A stretch of DNA of 63,611 nt, filler included, from Lenisia limosa (Eukaryota > Protista > Breviatea): assembly GCA_001655205.1 (NCBI GenBank). It is 10 parts of 10 records of this genome, joined end to end, with 100 filler letters (N's around TTAATTAATTAA, not from the genome) between each part and the next. Parts side by side here need not be neighbours in the genome. Positions count along the whole stretch, not along the records: positions 1 to 21,412 come from LPNZ01006702.1; positions 21,513 to 33,005 come from LPNZ01004611.1; 8 more parts are not named here. One strand, written 5' to 3'. This document shows, one piece after another, positions 13,795-27,075 of the stretch. The position numbers and the translations under genes are program-made. The notes under the pieces were generated by a model. That model saw only the letters and a list, made by a program, of their open reading frames with translations. It did not search any database and was not told where the DNA came from. Position 1 is the stretch's first letter. Every line of letters begins with the position of its first letter.

Positions 13795-16642
13795 ATGGGA
13801 AAGCCTGTATGTTGCCGTTGTGGAGGCAACGCTAAGGTCAAAAGACCAAAAACTGGAGAAGCTGTAAGCTGGTGATGCAAATTGCATATCTTAATTATAA
13901 TTCATATACACATCTTTTGACCGCTTTAGGTCTGCACAGAATGCTTCTTCTTTTTAGTTGAGGAGGAGGTTCACCACACCCTGACCCACGGCAAAATGTT
14001 CAAAAGAGGCGAAAGGATCGTGATTGGAGTATCTGGCGGCAAAGGTAAATATGGATAAGCAGGAAGTGGAGTATTAGTATTACACTAACCTTTTAAATAG
14101 CGGGCAAGGCGGAATATGATACGGATCGATAGTTATAAATTTGAGCTGTCGAAGTGACTCACCCCTTAGACTCAACCGTGCTTGCGGAAATGATGACAAT
14201 TCTTAACAAACGCTATGATTATGGTCTGCATCTGCTTCTTCTCTCCATTGATGAAGGAATCAAGGGTTATCGAGACGGTTCACTTGAGGTGTGCCTGAAC
14301 TCTGTTCTATAGAGGCGATTATGATACTGGTTTTAGATGTTCTATGAGAGTTCCTTCTTTTTGAAACCAAAATGAAGCCTTTGTTCCTGAATTAATCAAC
14401 ACAAACTTGACCCTCACAGACGGTGGCAATCAACCAGAAGGATTACGGTCTTCCTCTAATGGTACTGTCATTCCAGGATATTTACGGCTGGTCTATGGAC
14501 GAAATCGTATCGCGTGTCGGCATGAAAAATTCATGTAGGCTATGTGAAGGAATTGTACAGTTATCATGATATGTCTTGTTTTTGGAAATCATGTTGCAGG
14601 TCTCGATATTGTATTATTTGCTAACTCTTATCAAATCACAAGGATTTATCGGGTGGGAAGGCTTTTTTGTTGTAGGGAAGCCCTATTTATTACATATAGG
14701 CACATATTGCGGCGTGTTTAGACGGCAAGCTTTGGACCGAGGAGCAGCCATTCTCAATGCTAATAAGGTAACTGCTGCAATTGGTGTAGTATTACATGTG
14801 ATTTTCAGTGTTTGTTTTTGTTTTTGTTTTTCTGTATAGTATTGATACGCCTTAGGTTGCCACTGGTCACAATGCGGATGATCTTGCTGAGACTGTCATG
14901 ATGAACTGTGGGTGGTGTTAGCTGGGTTCTTTGCTTTTTAATGAAAGCTGGATGCTTCTGTCGCATACACTGAGGAAAACGTGATTGTGATCTTTTTTGT
15001 TCGAACCAGAGTCTAAACAATGAGGAGGCAACATTGCACCTTCAGTATACTCTCTGAAACAAAAACCATCTCAAGCATCTTCGAGATAAACAGTTGAACT
15101 AATTCACCTTTTGTAGTGCTTCGTGGAGATTCAGCAAGGTTGCAAAGATGTGCTGCCTTGGAGACCGCGTCGTCACTAATGCCCCGTGTGAAGCCGTTTA
15201 AATACACCTATCAGGTAGGAAGGGAATATTTATTTTGCTAGACAGTCCTTTTTTTGTATTAGGCAAAGTATTGCTGCTTTTTTAACGTTCTATTTATGAA
15301 ATCAAAAAGCTGATCTTGATAGGTCAATCCATTTGTTTGACAATGTATAGAAGGAGATTGTTCTCTATGCCCACTACAAAAAGCTGGCATACTTTTCAAC
15401 TGAGTGCACCTACGCTCCTGAGGCTTTCAGAGGTACTATTAGAGATTTACTAAAGGTTTGCCATTTGGTATTTTAAAACCAAGAAATTTCATAGTTAACT
15501 GAGCGCACATTATGCTCCTACATATTTTGAACAAGAACAACCTCTGATGCCTTCTTTGACTCATAATAATCTACATTCTGATGATGTGGGATTACACCTA
15601 AGGTAGCGTTTTACAATATCCTACTTCCACCCTACTTAGAAACTGGAACGCCACTCTTCACGGGCCGTTTTGGACATCATTCACTCCGGAGAGGAAATCG
15701 CCCTCAACTCTTGGAGCCAGCCTGAAAACATTACAATGGGTAGGCGGGTTACCGATTTCTTGGGTACGCGACGGAAGGCAACAATGATTAAGATAGGTAG
15801 CACATTCTTAGGCGTCATTTCAAAATGCATTTTGATTTGGGGCATCCCCATTGAACCATCGAATGTTGTTATATTCTGCATTACCGATACCAATATCCCT
15901 CAGCTATTTTGATTATTTTACAGGACGATGCATCAAATGCGGCTACGTGTGCAGTGCCAAGGTGGGTGTTCACAGAGCTTTTTTATTTTTCATCCAAATA
16001 ATTTGATCCTGAATACTATTTCATCGTGCATGTAGGTATGTAAGGCATGTCACTTGGTCGATTGTCTTGCAAAGGGAGATGCACGCGCGGCCGTTCACGC
16101 CTATCCTGTAGGGCATGGTGTTAGTAATGTGGAAAATATCGGTAATAGGCAACAGTAACTCATGGGGAGGAGAGTAAAATAACGTCCTCTTTCATCATGA
16201 TTGATAATGAGTGTTGAGTGCTAATTGTTTAGATCGATATACATGTTGTAGCTTCCACTATTTGAGATGATAAGACGTACAATTATTAAAGATAGCATGC
16301 GCTATTGATTTGAGCTTGTTATGATAATATATTAAGCACTGACGTGTTCAGGAGTCGTGGAGCAAGCAAGCCTTGACAGCGGCGGCGGCGAGTGGTTTCA
16401 AGGACCTGCCGGATTGGTGGGGCGTGGCGCGCACTGAGACGCGCATTGCCGTCTTGACACCAGGCTCGGAGGAGGTTGGGGGGGGAGTGAACATGGAATG
16501 TTTCTCTTAATGTATTTTGTTGATGACCACATTATTTTCCATATAGACTACCCACAGATACTGATTCATGTAGGTTGACACTCGGGACCTGAAGGTCACC
16601 ACTGATACTGTTCCCAAGGTTTCTGGAAGAAAGTTTTCATGA
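13795..16642 (+). CDS. CTU1: Cytoplasmic tRNA 2-thiolation protein 1 (CTU1/NCS6), about 12 exons
   Basis: Spliced translation: [19 protein letters not shown]|[22 protein letters not shown] (PP-loop SGGKDS)..[96 protein letters not shown]|VCKAC. All junctions GT-AG and in phase. Confidence 0.95.
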
Positions 16643-17143
16643 AGCTTCAATCTTGGTGTGGGGGTGTGTCACTTCACACCATGCTGAAGAGGCATGCAGA
16701 AAGCTGTGCCCAGAGTTCGATAAATGATGGTGAATAGTTATTCTATAATCCAATATCTCAGCGTGGCGGCTTCTGCCAGATATCCTTGTTAGATTTCTCA
16801 TCTCTCACACACCAGAGGATATGGTATTTTTCATTAATACTCTCTCTGTTCTTCTTAATCCCACTAGTTGACTCAGTTGGTCCCTGTTAACTATGATAAG
16901 GGTTTGTTATTGTTAGTATCAATATAGTACACTTGAATTGGAAGTCCAACTTGTCATTGGGATTTAAAAATCTTTTGTCACCTTTTCGTAATCGTAATAT
17001 TGGGTACAATTTGATAGTAGGAAGGCATGGGAATGCAGATATCGATATTATACCGAACGGAGTGATCCAATGGGCCTTTCTATTAAAAATGGAGTCTAAT
17101 TAAATATATTAAAACACAATGCTCCCAAAACAGCTACCATCCC

Positions 17144-19999
17144 CTAGTTCATCATTCGGTAAATATAGGCCGCAATCCCAAGGATAATGCAAAGCATGAT
17201 CAAATCTACAGAGTTTATACCCCATGATAATGTTTGAGGGTTTGCAGATAACTTTTCAAATAATAATGGCAAGAGTTTCAAAACGTTCAAAAGGATACTA
17301 ACAGGTGGCAAGAATACCTTTAACCATACCTCCCTCCCCTTACCCATAAGGAATTTGTCGCCTTTTCGTACGCGGTTGAGAGTTTTCTTCATTCGTTTGT
17401 TGAGGTTCTTTAATTCCATCTCAGTCTTCGTCATGCCAGTCTCAATGTCCTCAATTAAGTTGTCTTGGTGATCTAATTCCTGGAGAGGATGAGGGCCATA
17501 CATTGATTTTCAATAACAATAGGAGTGAATCCCGACAACCTGCTGCATTTCTTGCGCTACGTTTTTGAGGCGATGGACGCCTACGCTGATATCATCAAGC
17601 TCATGCTCAATTTCTTGGTTCTTGGCATCCAACTGTGCTGTAGGGGGGAAGATGTAAAACAAATCATCGTATAGCGTCCCAAAACTACCTCCATACTAGC
17701 ACCCAATTCAGAGTTTCTACCTCACAGCCTCGTCATCTACTTACTTCTTACTCCGCAAAACCAACATATTGAAACAAATACTACTACCCTGATAAAGCTC
17801 AAATTATATTGAATATACAAGCCATGCCTACCCCCCTTACAAAGTCCAGCCATCACTTCTTCAGGAATTGGTTCAAGACTGGTTTCTTCAGGATTGTCTG
17901 ATACATCATTAAACAAGTTCACACCAAATAAAAGAAAAATCCTTCACTCTGTGGTTTCATTTTGGTTTAGTAGCGAACGTCCTCCCACCGTAATTATTGG
18001 GAGACGTAGTTTCTCCTCCACCAGCAACAACAGGATTCATTGCGATTTGCGGACGATTCGACTTCACAGTAAACCTGGCGTGTGTGAATTATGCGTGCAA
18101 TGTTGAGAAGTGTAAAGCAACACCGTTGGTAATATCATACTATTTGGAGATGAACTACAACCCTTTTGATTTTCATTGTTATTTTCAAATGAAACAGCAT
18201 ATTTAACAAACTTTTTTCTTTGCAGTTCTTCAACCTCATGAATGTGGTCCTTCACGATGTTAATCTGAAGAGTGAACAGCCTTAAAAAAAATCGCTTGCT
18301 AATTACCCTTTCTAGTTTAACAAAAGTTACATCATTAAAACGCTGCCCCCCTAACATGCTCTTGTTGCACCTTCAGTAACCGAGCTTTCTCGGGCTCTTT
18401 CGACTTCCTCCACTTCTTACTTAGTTGACTGTGAATGAGGTCAAGCTCTTTCGCTTGATCCTAAGAAATAAAATTCAAGCAATCTACTGAAGGGTCCGAA
18501 TCCAATATGGGTGGCTAATACTCGGTACAATCAAGATAGGGTGATATGAAGAGGGATAGGGCTTGTAATATATACCATCCCCAGACTAAGATATTGACAA
18601 AAGTAGTGTTGTAAAAAAGATACAGAGAGTGACGTTGGGTTATAATTCCCCTCATCCCTCACAGTATTTCACAGCAAAATAATCACACGATAAAATATCC
18701 ACAACGTAATACCTTCGATTGGCGGACCAATGTTCGAATCTAAAGAGTTAGAAAACCGCAATGGCATGATATATGCAACAATTGTAGTATTCTATATTCC
18801 ATTCATGCATACTTATTGAAATGAGGGAAACAACATAGAGTCTGCTTGAAATGACCCCTCTCACATCGACCCCCCCCCCCTCCAACCTTCGCATTAGCTA
18901 CCNNNNNNNNNNATCGTGATCCAGCGTTTGTTCTCGCGGCGTGCCCCAAGATTGGTTGTTCCTCTGTATTTGTCGGGCCACCTCTGAATTTTGCACGACA
19001 TGTTGCAAGCTGTGCATTGCCTGATATGATGCCGAAGAGGTATTAAAACTTACTTTATAGGTTGTATATTTTTTCTGGTATAATATACTGTATAATATAC
19101 TATGATTATTTATATTGTATCATATGTAATAGCTACATATCATATATAATTCTTTCTTTTGTTTACTAAATAGCCTTGAATTGAGTGAAGTGCATACGCA
19201 AAATCCGTACACAACCCGATCCTATGATGATAGACGCAAATCGCGCGGAATAGAACGAGAGTTAACCGCAAAGAGACAGCGTGATTGTTCAGTATGGTTT
19301 CCTTTCTTTCTTACCACCAGGACGAAGAAATTGTTGCAGATTGTGAAGCTGAAGACACCAACAATGATCCGGTTCATGTTGACATCCCCTTGCCTGTTCC
19401 TGTATGTTTCATTTGCTTCGCTTATTCTTGCTTTCAAATATTGATTGTGCTTTGAACCTTGCCTTTTCCATATCTGACACGCCACATTCGGTTGTTAAGT
19501 CAACCTGCGGCTCATTGAAGGTTCTTCGCAGCTACTACTGCAATTCTGCGTTAGAAACTATGGTGCCTGTTACCTGTGGTGGTGGCCACTGTTGCGACAT
19601 TGTTCCTTCTCCACACAAGTACACGGAGTATCTGGTGTATTCCGGTATCTCGCGCCTTGATCTTGGTCCTTGCCTCCCGGAGCTGATTGGCAATGTCTCT
19701 TTTGATGCGGGTGAAGTCATCAACCTTGGGAGGGGGGGGTGAGAATGGGAAACAAATGGATAGAGAGCCCCCTTGATCAAACTCAACCCTCTNNNNNNNN
19801 NNNNNNNNNNNNNNNNNNNNNNNNNNNNNNNNNNNNNNNNNNNNNNNNNNNNNNNNNNNNNNNNNNNNNNNNNNNNNNNNNNNNNNNNNNNNNNNNNNNN
19901 NNNNNNNNNNNNATTAGCATTATATTTCCACTTGACTGCAACTTCCCTACTTCCACACTCCTGGCGGATGTACTGCAGCCTTCGCATCATATCATTCAT
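17144..19999 (-). CDS. SYP7: SYP7-family (Qc) SNARE/syntaxin, multi-exon
   Basis: Exons: MNDMMRRLQYIRQECG; VDDFTRIKRDIANQLREARTKIKARD; VANAK|IRTLVRQSK|DQAKELDLIHSQLSKKW; IVKDHIHEVEELQRK. SNARE motif QLDAKNQEIEHELDDISVGVHRLKNVAQEMQQ|ELDHQDNLIEDIETGM..RVRKGDKF. C-terminal TM DLIMLCIILGIAAYIYRMMN*, resembling plant/protist SYP71 (IDIILLCIILGIAAY). Junctions near the gaps at 18903 and 19793 unresolved. Confidence 0.8.
18913..19401 (+). CDS. Partial spliced exon chain of an unknown gene, antisense inside a SYP7 intron
   Basis: Three in-phase GT-AG exons (18913-19039, 19174-19291, 19321-19401) read RDPAFVLAACPKIGCSSVFVGPPLNFARHVASCALPDMMPK-S-LELSEVHTQNPY..RQRDCS|DEEIVADCEAEDTNNDPVHVDIPLPVP. The C-x4-C...H-x3-C spacing resembles a zinc finger. 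Start lies in a gap; end unknown. Confidence 0.5.
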
Positions 20000-20013
20000 C
20001 GTGAGTCTTTGTT

Positions 20014-20400
20014 CTAAAAGGTCAATTCTGAGAGAAGTGTAGGGGTTACATCTGGTTTTGAGCGTGAAGAACTAATAAAAACCATGTTAATAATACTTTT
20101 AGCATATTTATAACACTGTACAATTTGTAGACATAGAAAAGAAAGCTCAAGATTATTCCTCACAGTGGAAAAGGATGTGTCACCAATTTTCCTGAAACTG
20201 AGAAGCTTGCGTGCCTCTCTCACTTGCCCAACTTCTTATACTCTACTCTTAAGGATGTTGCAGATGGTCGGAGGTAAATAGCCGTGTAGTGAATCTGTTC
20301 CTTGATAACTGATCTACTCCACTTCTCACACTTCTCTTTCGCTTCGTTTCACTGCATCCCTCTATTCACGCAGTCGATAGTCTATCTAATATGGAATGAG
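20014..20400 (-). pseudogene. Possible decayed Tc1/mariner-type DNA-binding HTH fragment
   Basis: Stop-interrupted frame ..YLPPTICNILK..VREARKLLSFRKIGDTSFSTVRNNL, reminiscent by eye of paired HTH segments of Tc1/pogo transposases. Confidence 0.25.
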
Positions 20401-21532
20401 ATGAAGCTTGGATGGTGGAGAGCAAAAAAAACTTAAAAATCGAAATCCATCCAAAAAATTAACACTGCCAAAAGATTAGAGAATTGTAGAAAAGAAGATT
20501 TGATAGACACATCACTGTCAAAACAGACAAGTAANNNNNNNNNNNNNNNNNNNNNACCATGACTAAGAAAGGCTACTTTATGAGTAGGAGTACTTCTGGT
20601 GGATGGCCNNNNNNNNNNCCATGACTAAGAAAGGCTACTTTATGAGTAGGAGTACTTCTGGTGGATGGCCTTCGCCCTCTCAGCGTTGAGTTGGAACTGG
20701 TTATTGGTAGTTCCTGGAGGATGAATATCATAACTCTTTGGCTGTATGGAGGCGCTCAGCTAGATCCCAAAACAATATGATTAAGACATCCTCCTACTCC
20801 ATCTGGGGTCATATGTTGCAGTTATAGCAGAAGGATACGCGCCATGGGTCAAGGTAACGTTCTAAAATTATCACCCAACTTTTGACAATGGCCACACTGT
20901 AGGTTGCCCGGAACACGGGTTGATGAAAAATGGTATTGGTCTTCATAGGCAGCAAATGGGAAAGCACAACAATTTTAGGGAAGCTCATTATGTCTCTTGT
21001 CAGTCCCTCACACTTTCCATGAACTGGCAATACCCCACATACTTGAGGCTTTGGTTCACTAACGGGGTCTCTAGCCCTGGAAGAGTAAAATACAGCATTT
21101 AGTAAAGGAACTGACCGTAGCAAGGGTAGCAGAAGTTCAAGAGAACTTAATGTATATGATATATAGTATATTATATATAGCAATGGAAAATAAAAAATAA
21201 GGTTGAATCTGGTCCAAGCCGTCCACAACATCACGCTTTTAAGAGATATTGGATGATAGTATACAATTAATTCACCCAATCATTTACCTAACAACTCTGT
21301 GCACATAACTTTCTGCGTGCCTCCCTAACATACACGATATAGCTATTATTTGATATATAATATGGATTATTACACTATTACATGACTATGACAAAGTGTC
21401 CTTGTTTTGAATNNNNNNNNNNNNNNNNNNNNNNNNNNNNNNNNNNNNNNNNNNNNTTAATTAATTAANNNNNNNNNNNNNNNNNNNNNNNNNNNNNNNN
21501 NNNNNNNNNNNNAATAGTCAACCTCACCATAT

Positions 21533-21590
21533 ACAATAGTCAACCTCACCATATACAATAGTCAACCTCACCATATACAATAGTACAATA
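21533..21590 (+). repeat. 22-bp tandem repeat (aatagtcaacctcaccatatac) x3
   Basis: Direct inspection; lies next to a gap. Confidence 0.9.
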
Positions 21591-21639
21591 GCCCCTTCTC
21601 CCCCATACATTAGCACCGCCAACCGCAGACATTTCGAGG

Positions 21640-21735
21640 TGTGAAATCTAAAAAGTCAGCATCAATTGGGCATCATGCAAGTACTGTCACAAAGAGAGAG
21701 TAGTAACAACCGAAAGGAATAGGGAGTACTTTGCA
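21640..21735 (+). pseudogene. Possible BED-type zinc-finger relic of a hAT-like transposase
   Basis: Frame reads WASCKYCHKERVVTTERNREYFAC*PF (CxxC..TxR..E..C pattern) with a stop; no intact ORF. Confidence 0.3.
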
Positions 21736-22554
21736 TGCTGACCTTTCCGTTCGGCGAACACACATCAGTGGAAGTGGTGGTGTTTTCCAGCTTGATTGAA
21801 AAACGATCTGGTGTGTAAGAAAGTTGTGGAAAAGCAATCCGGTATCAATGTGAAATTGAAGAGTGGTCAAAAATCGGATTTCGCATGTCCCTCACATAGT
21901 AGTAGATAAGGTAAACACACCCATTTAATAAGTGAACCATTTATAATGATACAGGAAACTATAACGCACCAAAAAGGTAACACCCTCCCTCCCTCTGACC
22001 TGTTTGGAGGTCTTCGAATACACCCGATTCGCTTCGAACCTTTCAGATTAGAAAAGGATGAACAATACTGAGGAATATTTAATATTCAGGTACTTGAGAC
22101 ACGAAAACTGCCATTCATCACGTAGTATGTACATATATAATATTGCTCCGAGAGCAATTCAATTTATATACGGTATTGATGATTGGAGCCTTTTCCTAGA
22201 CAATTGCCAGTTTCACCCAATTCAACTACCCACCTCCTTCGTCATAAGTTCACCATCAATCCCAACGACTAATGGACTGCTGCCACTGGAGAAGGGGAAG
22301 CAGCATGCCCATAGAAGGGCCACAACCATTGTTAACACCTTAACTTGAATGGTCATTGTGGGGGAGGTGGGTGGTGCGTCTTAATAGGTTTATATGAACG
22401 CGATTGTAAATTATTCAATTTCAACAAGTCGTCAAGTCAGAAACGTTTGGAAGATTGGAAGGAAAGGCAAGGAAAAATGCAAAAGAAACTCAAGATCTCT
22501 ATGATCAGGTTAATCCTCTTCCAGATCCGTAAGAGAATCCTTAGGCCTCTTATA

Positions 22555-25500
22555 ATGCTGTTATATATTCTGCTATTGTTAACAGCACTTGTGAGCGGTG
22601 GTAGCGAGTTCAAAATTGTATGTAGGAAGTGGTAAAACTATGTCTTTTGTTTTATATTTTCTTCATTTTCAATTTTCACATTAGCTACTTGGGTGCTATT
22701 GTTTAGTACATCCACGAGTAAATCATATATATATTATATATAGTAAATAGTAGATATATTATAGATAGTATGTAAGTATGTGCTTTTTTTGGAATATCGG
22801 CATAGTATCATAATTAGCTATGTGTATCACACATATGGCCTTTCGAATAATACTAATATGTCATATGATATGATATGTATTATTTTATGATATATGATAT
22901 TTATGTATATGTGATTGACACCACCCACTAATATGCAGGAAGTCTTACCCGGACATTCCTTAGATGCAGCCTTGGACAAGATATTCCAACTCAATCCACA
23001 TGTTGGTGGGGTTTCAATTTGGAGTTAATTTGATAGCTTGTTGTGGGGATAGCTGTGTATTTCTTCATGGAAAATCCCAAAAGTCTCTGCTCTTACATTT
23101 GAGCTATCTTTTTCAATCACAAATGCTTTGATTGTCTCCACGATACTTTTTTGAACCGAATCTTTTCTTCATGTACTGCAATAGTTGGGTAAATATCATC
23201 CTGCTTTCTAATAGAAACGTTTCTGCAAAATACATACAGTCATAAAGCTGATAACCCAGGTCTTCACGCTTGCGACAGTAAACCTAGCTGCAGGTAGCTT
23301 TTCGTGGGCGGGATATCGTTTTCCACACAGTTGTGATACATATTGACCCCCATGTTTTTTTTTTCAAAAGTTGTTTTGACATTTCTAGGATCCGAGACCA
23401 CCACACCTTATCAGTACCCGTAATTCTCAAGGGTGCTGGAGTTGGTCAAAGTGAAGTCAACTTCTCCCACCATGCTTCCGGTATGTGGTGTCTGAGACTA
23501 CATTTGCACAAAAGAAACATAAAAATAGCAAGATCAGAGATTCAAGCAAAATGATGCGATACCATAGATTCAAGCAAAATGATGCGATACCATAGATTAA
23601 TATCCTATCTCACATTATAACATTGGCAGGCGTTCCCAACTTTTTTCCTTGTTTTGTGCTGGCTCAACAAACTCTTGGTGACAAGTCTCGAGTCAAATTT
23701 CTCAGCTTTTAGACCTTCGTGATAACGGAATTCACTTAAATCGTGGAATCAAGGAGTCAACCTTCGAGGATATTTCATTCATGTAAGCTTGAGGGAGGGG
23801 CAGACGGATTCTGAAACATATTTTTACATTTGATTCTCATATACTCATATCACATTGTCTATCATACCGATATTTTAAATGCTTAAACAATGACAGACAT
23901 TTACTTGCTCAGTGCGGATTGTGAGAGCTGTTCCTTTCTCTACGCCGAGAGCAGCTTCACCATCAAGGTATGTTAATTGACCTTTTGATGCTCAATTGTC
24001 ATCTATTTTAGTACAATCTCGTTCATTTTCACCTGGCTTAGGACTGTGAGTTTGATTTCGGCAGCAAGCAGAGTCATTTTGGCGGAGTTAGTGACATTGA
24101 AAGCTACACTCTCATAAATACAAATGTAAGAGGCGCTCTCTCATTGGTCAAAATTTGTGTTTTTAAGTAAGAACCTCACTGTTCACCTTCCTAACTTATG
24201 TGCAATATTGTTACAATCTAACTTTCAAGATGTCTGAGCTAACAACCCTAGTTTCTCGGGTCGAATTCAGTCGAAGTTAGTATCCAGGCTGAGAGCGATA
24301 GCTACGCTAGCACGCAGGCCACAATGGTGGGCTGCGAGGTGACCGTCATGTGCTCTATACTATAATTCAATATCTCATATAAGCATGATAGTATGGACGA
24401 CTTTGGCTGAATACTACCTCTTTGTTTTCACCTCTTTAATACTATCTATTATGTATTTCAAAACGTATGAAACCTTCGTATATTGTGTTAACCCGAAAGG
24501 AAAATGTGTTCTCCGAAGTGACTTTCAGAGCCACTGCCCCCAATATGACAGTTTGTGGGTTGAGCTACTTTACAGGATTGTCCGATCATGTTCCGTCTAT
24601 GATATTTTCATGCATTATTAGCAATATGTATACATGTACCAAGCTCTACAATATATGTAGCTTTTCTGTAAAAGGGTATTAATCACTGTTAATTACAGGT
24701 ATAGGTCTCTGGGATGCGATTTGATGGCTCAAGTGGGCAGATTTTGTGAGCCAGGAGGGGGTGACCTCTGTGACTATTATTATTATCCATAGTGGGTCAT
24801 CATACTATTTTATGAATGTGTGATAGTTTTCATTAGGGATAGTCACACTACACTTATTGTTTTGTTTCAATTTTCTGACTTTCCAGGCAATTGGGTGCCG
24901 CGAACGGGACTATTTCTGACATTACCTTATCCGGCCATCCTGGCATATTGTGTCGAGGGGACATATTTGGCGTATGAAAGGATGGATCTTCTGGTTGATG
25001 ATTATAATGATAATTCCTCCATTCTGGCTCTTTTATTGACTGACAAAAGAGATAAACATCCGTGCTGTACCCCAGTTCCAAATTTACTTCATTTTTAACC
25101 ATCTACAAGTACTTACTCACTCACTCACGTTCCGCTAGGGCTTTACAGTTGGCCATATCATCACCGAAAACTGTGCAGTGAACCTCAGTCCAGACTTCAC
25201 AGAACAGTGGGTGGGGGGGCTGTTGATCATTGTTACTATATTTGGCTGATGGTATGCTATTGAGATATCATACATTCATGGCCACATATCATATTACACA
25301 TAGCATTTGTGGGATGGTGAGGAAGAAAAAGTGTGACCTCTTCAGCCACATCCGCGCTGGGAAACCCATTATTGTTGACACCTTGACCTCAGTAATGGAT
25401 GAAGCTCTTCCACTTGAGCTGCATGGAGAGGTTGGTCAGAGCCTTGATGGAAAATGCTGTCTTATTTGAAACATATATACAGTACATATCATATATCTAT

Positions 25501-26300
25501 TAGTATATCATATAATTATGATATTTATACTATGCTGCTTCTTGAAGCTGATTATAAGAAAATCAGTCATTTGAGGGCCTCATGTTTAGATTTGATGTTT
25601 CGGAGTTTAACACTTGGTGCTTGGTCTTCTTATTTGACTGCTTTGTCTTGGTATAGTATTTGATGACATAATTTTTTCTTTTTCTGATTTCTACAAGAGC
25701 CGAATCCGTCTATTGCGTTCCACTGCTCCTTGTGACGAGTTCAGTGGGTTGGTTTTAATTTAAATGAAGAAATAGTGATAGTCCAAGTGCATAATGCCTG
25801 AAATAGAAGGGATCGATCACTCTATTACTTCAGTCTGTCATTGACTCTGCAAATATCCTATCATCATTTTTATGTTATATCTTTTAAATATTTTTGGACA
25901 AATGTTTGACATCAGCATATCTCATTTTGCAATAACATATTCTGCCTTATTCGCTGATTCATGCAGTTGTCGGACACATTCGCTTCGGCAAAGGATCCGA
26001 TTGGTACATTGTCGACATCAATGAGGCGCAACTCTCAAAGTGCAGTTCTTTGTAGGCAGGGCTCTTAAGCTGAATATATTTATATTTAGGTCCTGGTTTT
26101 CAACAACACTTCGTCTTTCAGCTTAAATCTACTTCGGTTTCTTAATATCGATTGGATTTATCAAAACAATACTATTATATTTTTGAAGACCAAGTATTCA
26201 CTCTACTTAAATACATTTAGAGCTTATTGTGATCCTAATTCCTACGACTATGGCAGGGGGCGTATAGACGTTGGTCTTATTACCAGAGTAGGCGTGAGGT
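22555..26300 (+). CDS. Multi-exon putative secreted protein of unknown function (possibly beta-helix-like)
   Basis: ATG 22555 gives MLLYILLLLTALVSGGSEF (signal peptide). A chain of GT-AG exons follows: EVLPGHSLDAALDKIFQLNPH; IRDHHTLSVPVILKGAGVGQS; ADCESCSFLYAESSFTIK|DCEFDFGSKQSHFGG; QLGAANGTISDITLSGHPGILCRGDIFG|GFTVGHIITENCAV; HIRAGKPIIVDTL; VGHIRFGKGSDWYIVD. 3' end uncertain. Confidence 0.5.
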
Positions 26301-26774
26301 TTGATATTTTGTTCTACACACCAATGCGTAATTTTCTTCATAAATTACACATTACAACGCTACAATTATATGAATATGAGAATATGATACCATATTATGA
26401 AAGCACAGGTATTTGTAGGCTGATACGCTCTTCGTCGATTTATATGCGCTTTTCAAGTCATTTCACTCCCAGGACGATCCCTCCACACCCCTATGCTACC
26501 CCAAGGAGATTTGTTCATCTTCACATTTGTAATGATGTTAGGTTATGTGTAAGCTACATGATATCACTATTTGTTTTTTTCACTGGGCTCTCTCTTTGGT
26601 TTAAAAAATAAAAATGGTTCATTGCGCATTATGTTAAAATTAAGACAAATGCAATAAGTGCAGACAACCAAGCATATATATCTGGAAGAGACAAATTAAA
26701 ATTAAATTAATATATCGCAATGTGTTGCTCCAGTTGAATTAACTACTTAGAGAAGGATTATAAGGCATGCCCTA

Positions 26775-27075
26775 TTAACCCGCTCAGAAAAATTGCATTT
26801 TCGCTTAGTTTTCGCGGAAAAAAACAGCATTTATTTTCGGGGGATTTTCGCGGAGTTTTCGCGGAAAAACAGCATTTTGGCGGATTTTCGTGTAGCTCTG
26901 TAACATTTTATTTCCCATTGTTTGTTGAAATATGAAACATTACCACAAACGTCAAAGCTGAGTCAGTTAGCTTCGCAAGATATTTCACTACACAAAACCT
27001 GCCTCAATTCCCTATTCTTACCTATGTAGCGGGTTTCCCAGAAATTTCCGTGAAATTCCGCGAGAAGAGCTGCGC
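26775..27075. repeat. Cluster of TTTTCGCGGA(AA)-type motifs with a weak inverted counterpart
   Basis: About six TTTTCGCGG/TTTTCGGGG/TTTTGGCGG copies at 26795-26890, and an inverted-like AATTCCGCGAGAA near 27055. Confidence 0.6.

Noticed and set aside
20556-20670. Exact ~52-bp direct repeat around a 10-N gap
   Set aside because: Typical of overlapping contig ends left unmerged.
21457-21468. TTAATTAATTAA palindromes in many gaps (also ~33050, 37948, 46973, 50216, 52864, 54286, 55758, 57526)
   Set aside because: Identical 12-mer always centred in N runs; an artificial six-frame-stop scaffold spacer, not biology.
23630-23790. In-frame stops in coding-like frames considered as evidence for an alternative genetic code
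   Set aside because: Conserved genes (CTU1, FNTB, ankyrin) translate cleanly and end with standard stops once spliced; these stops are better explained by unresolved introns or decay.
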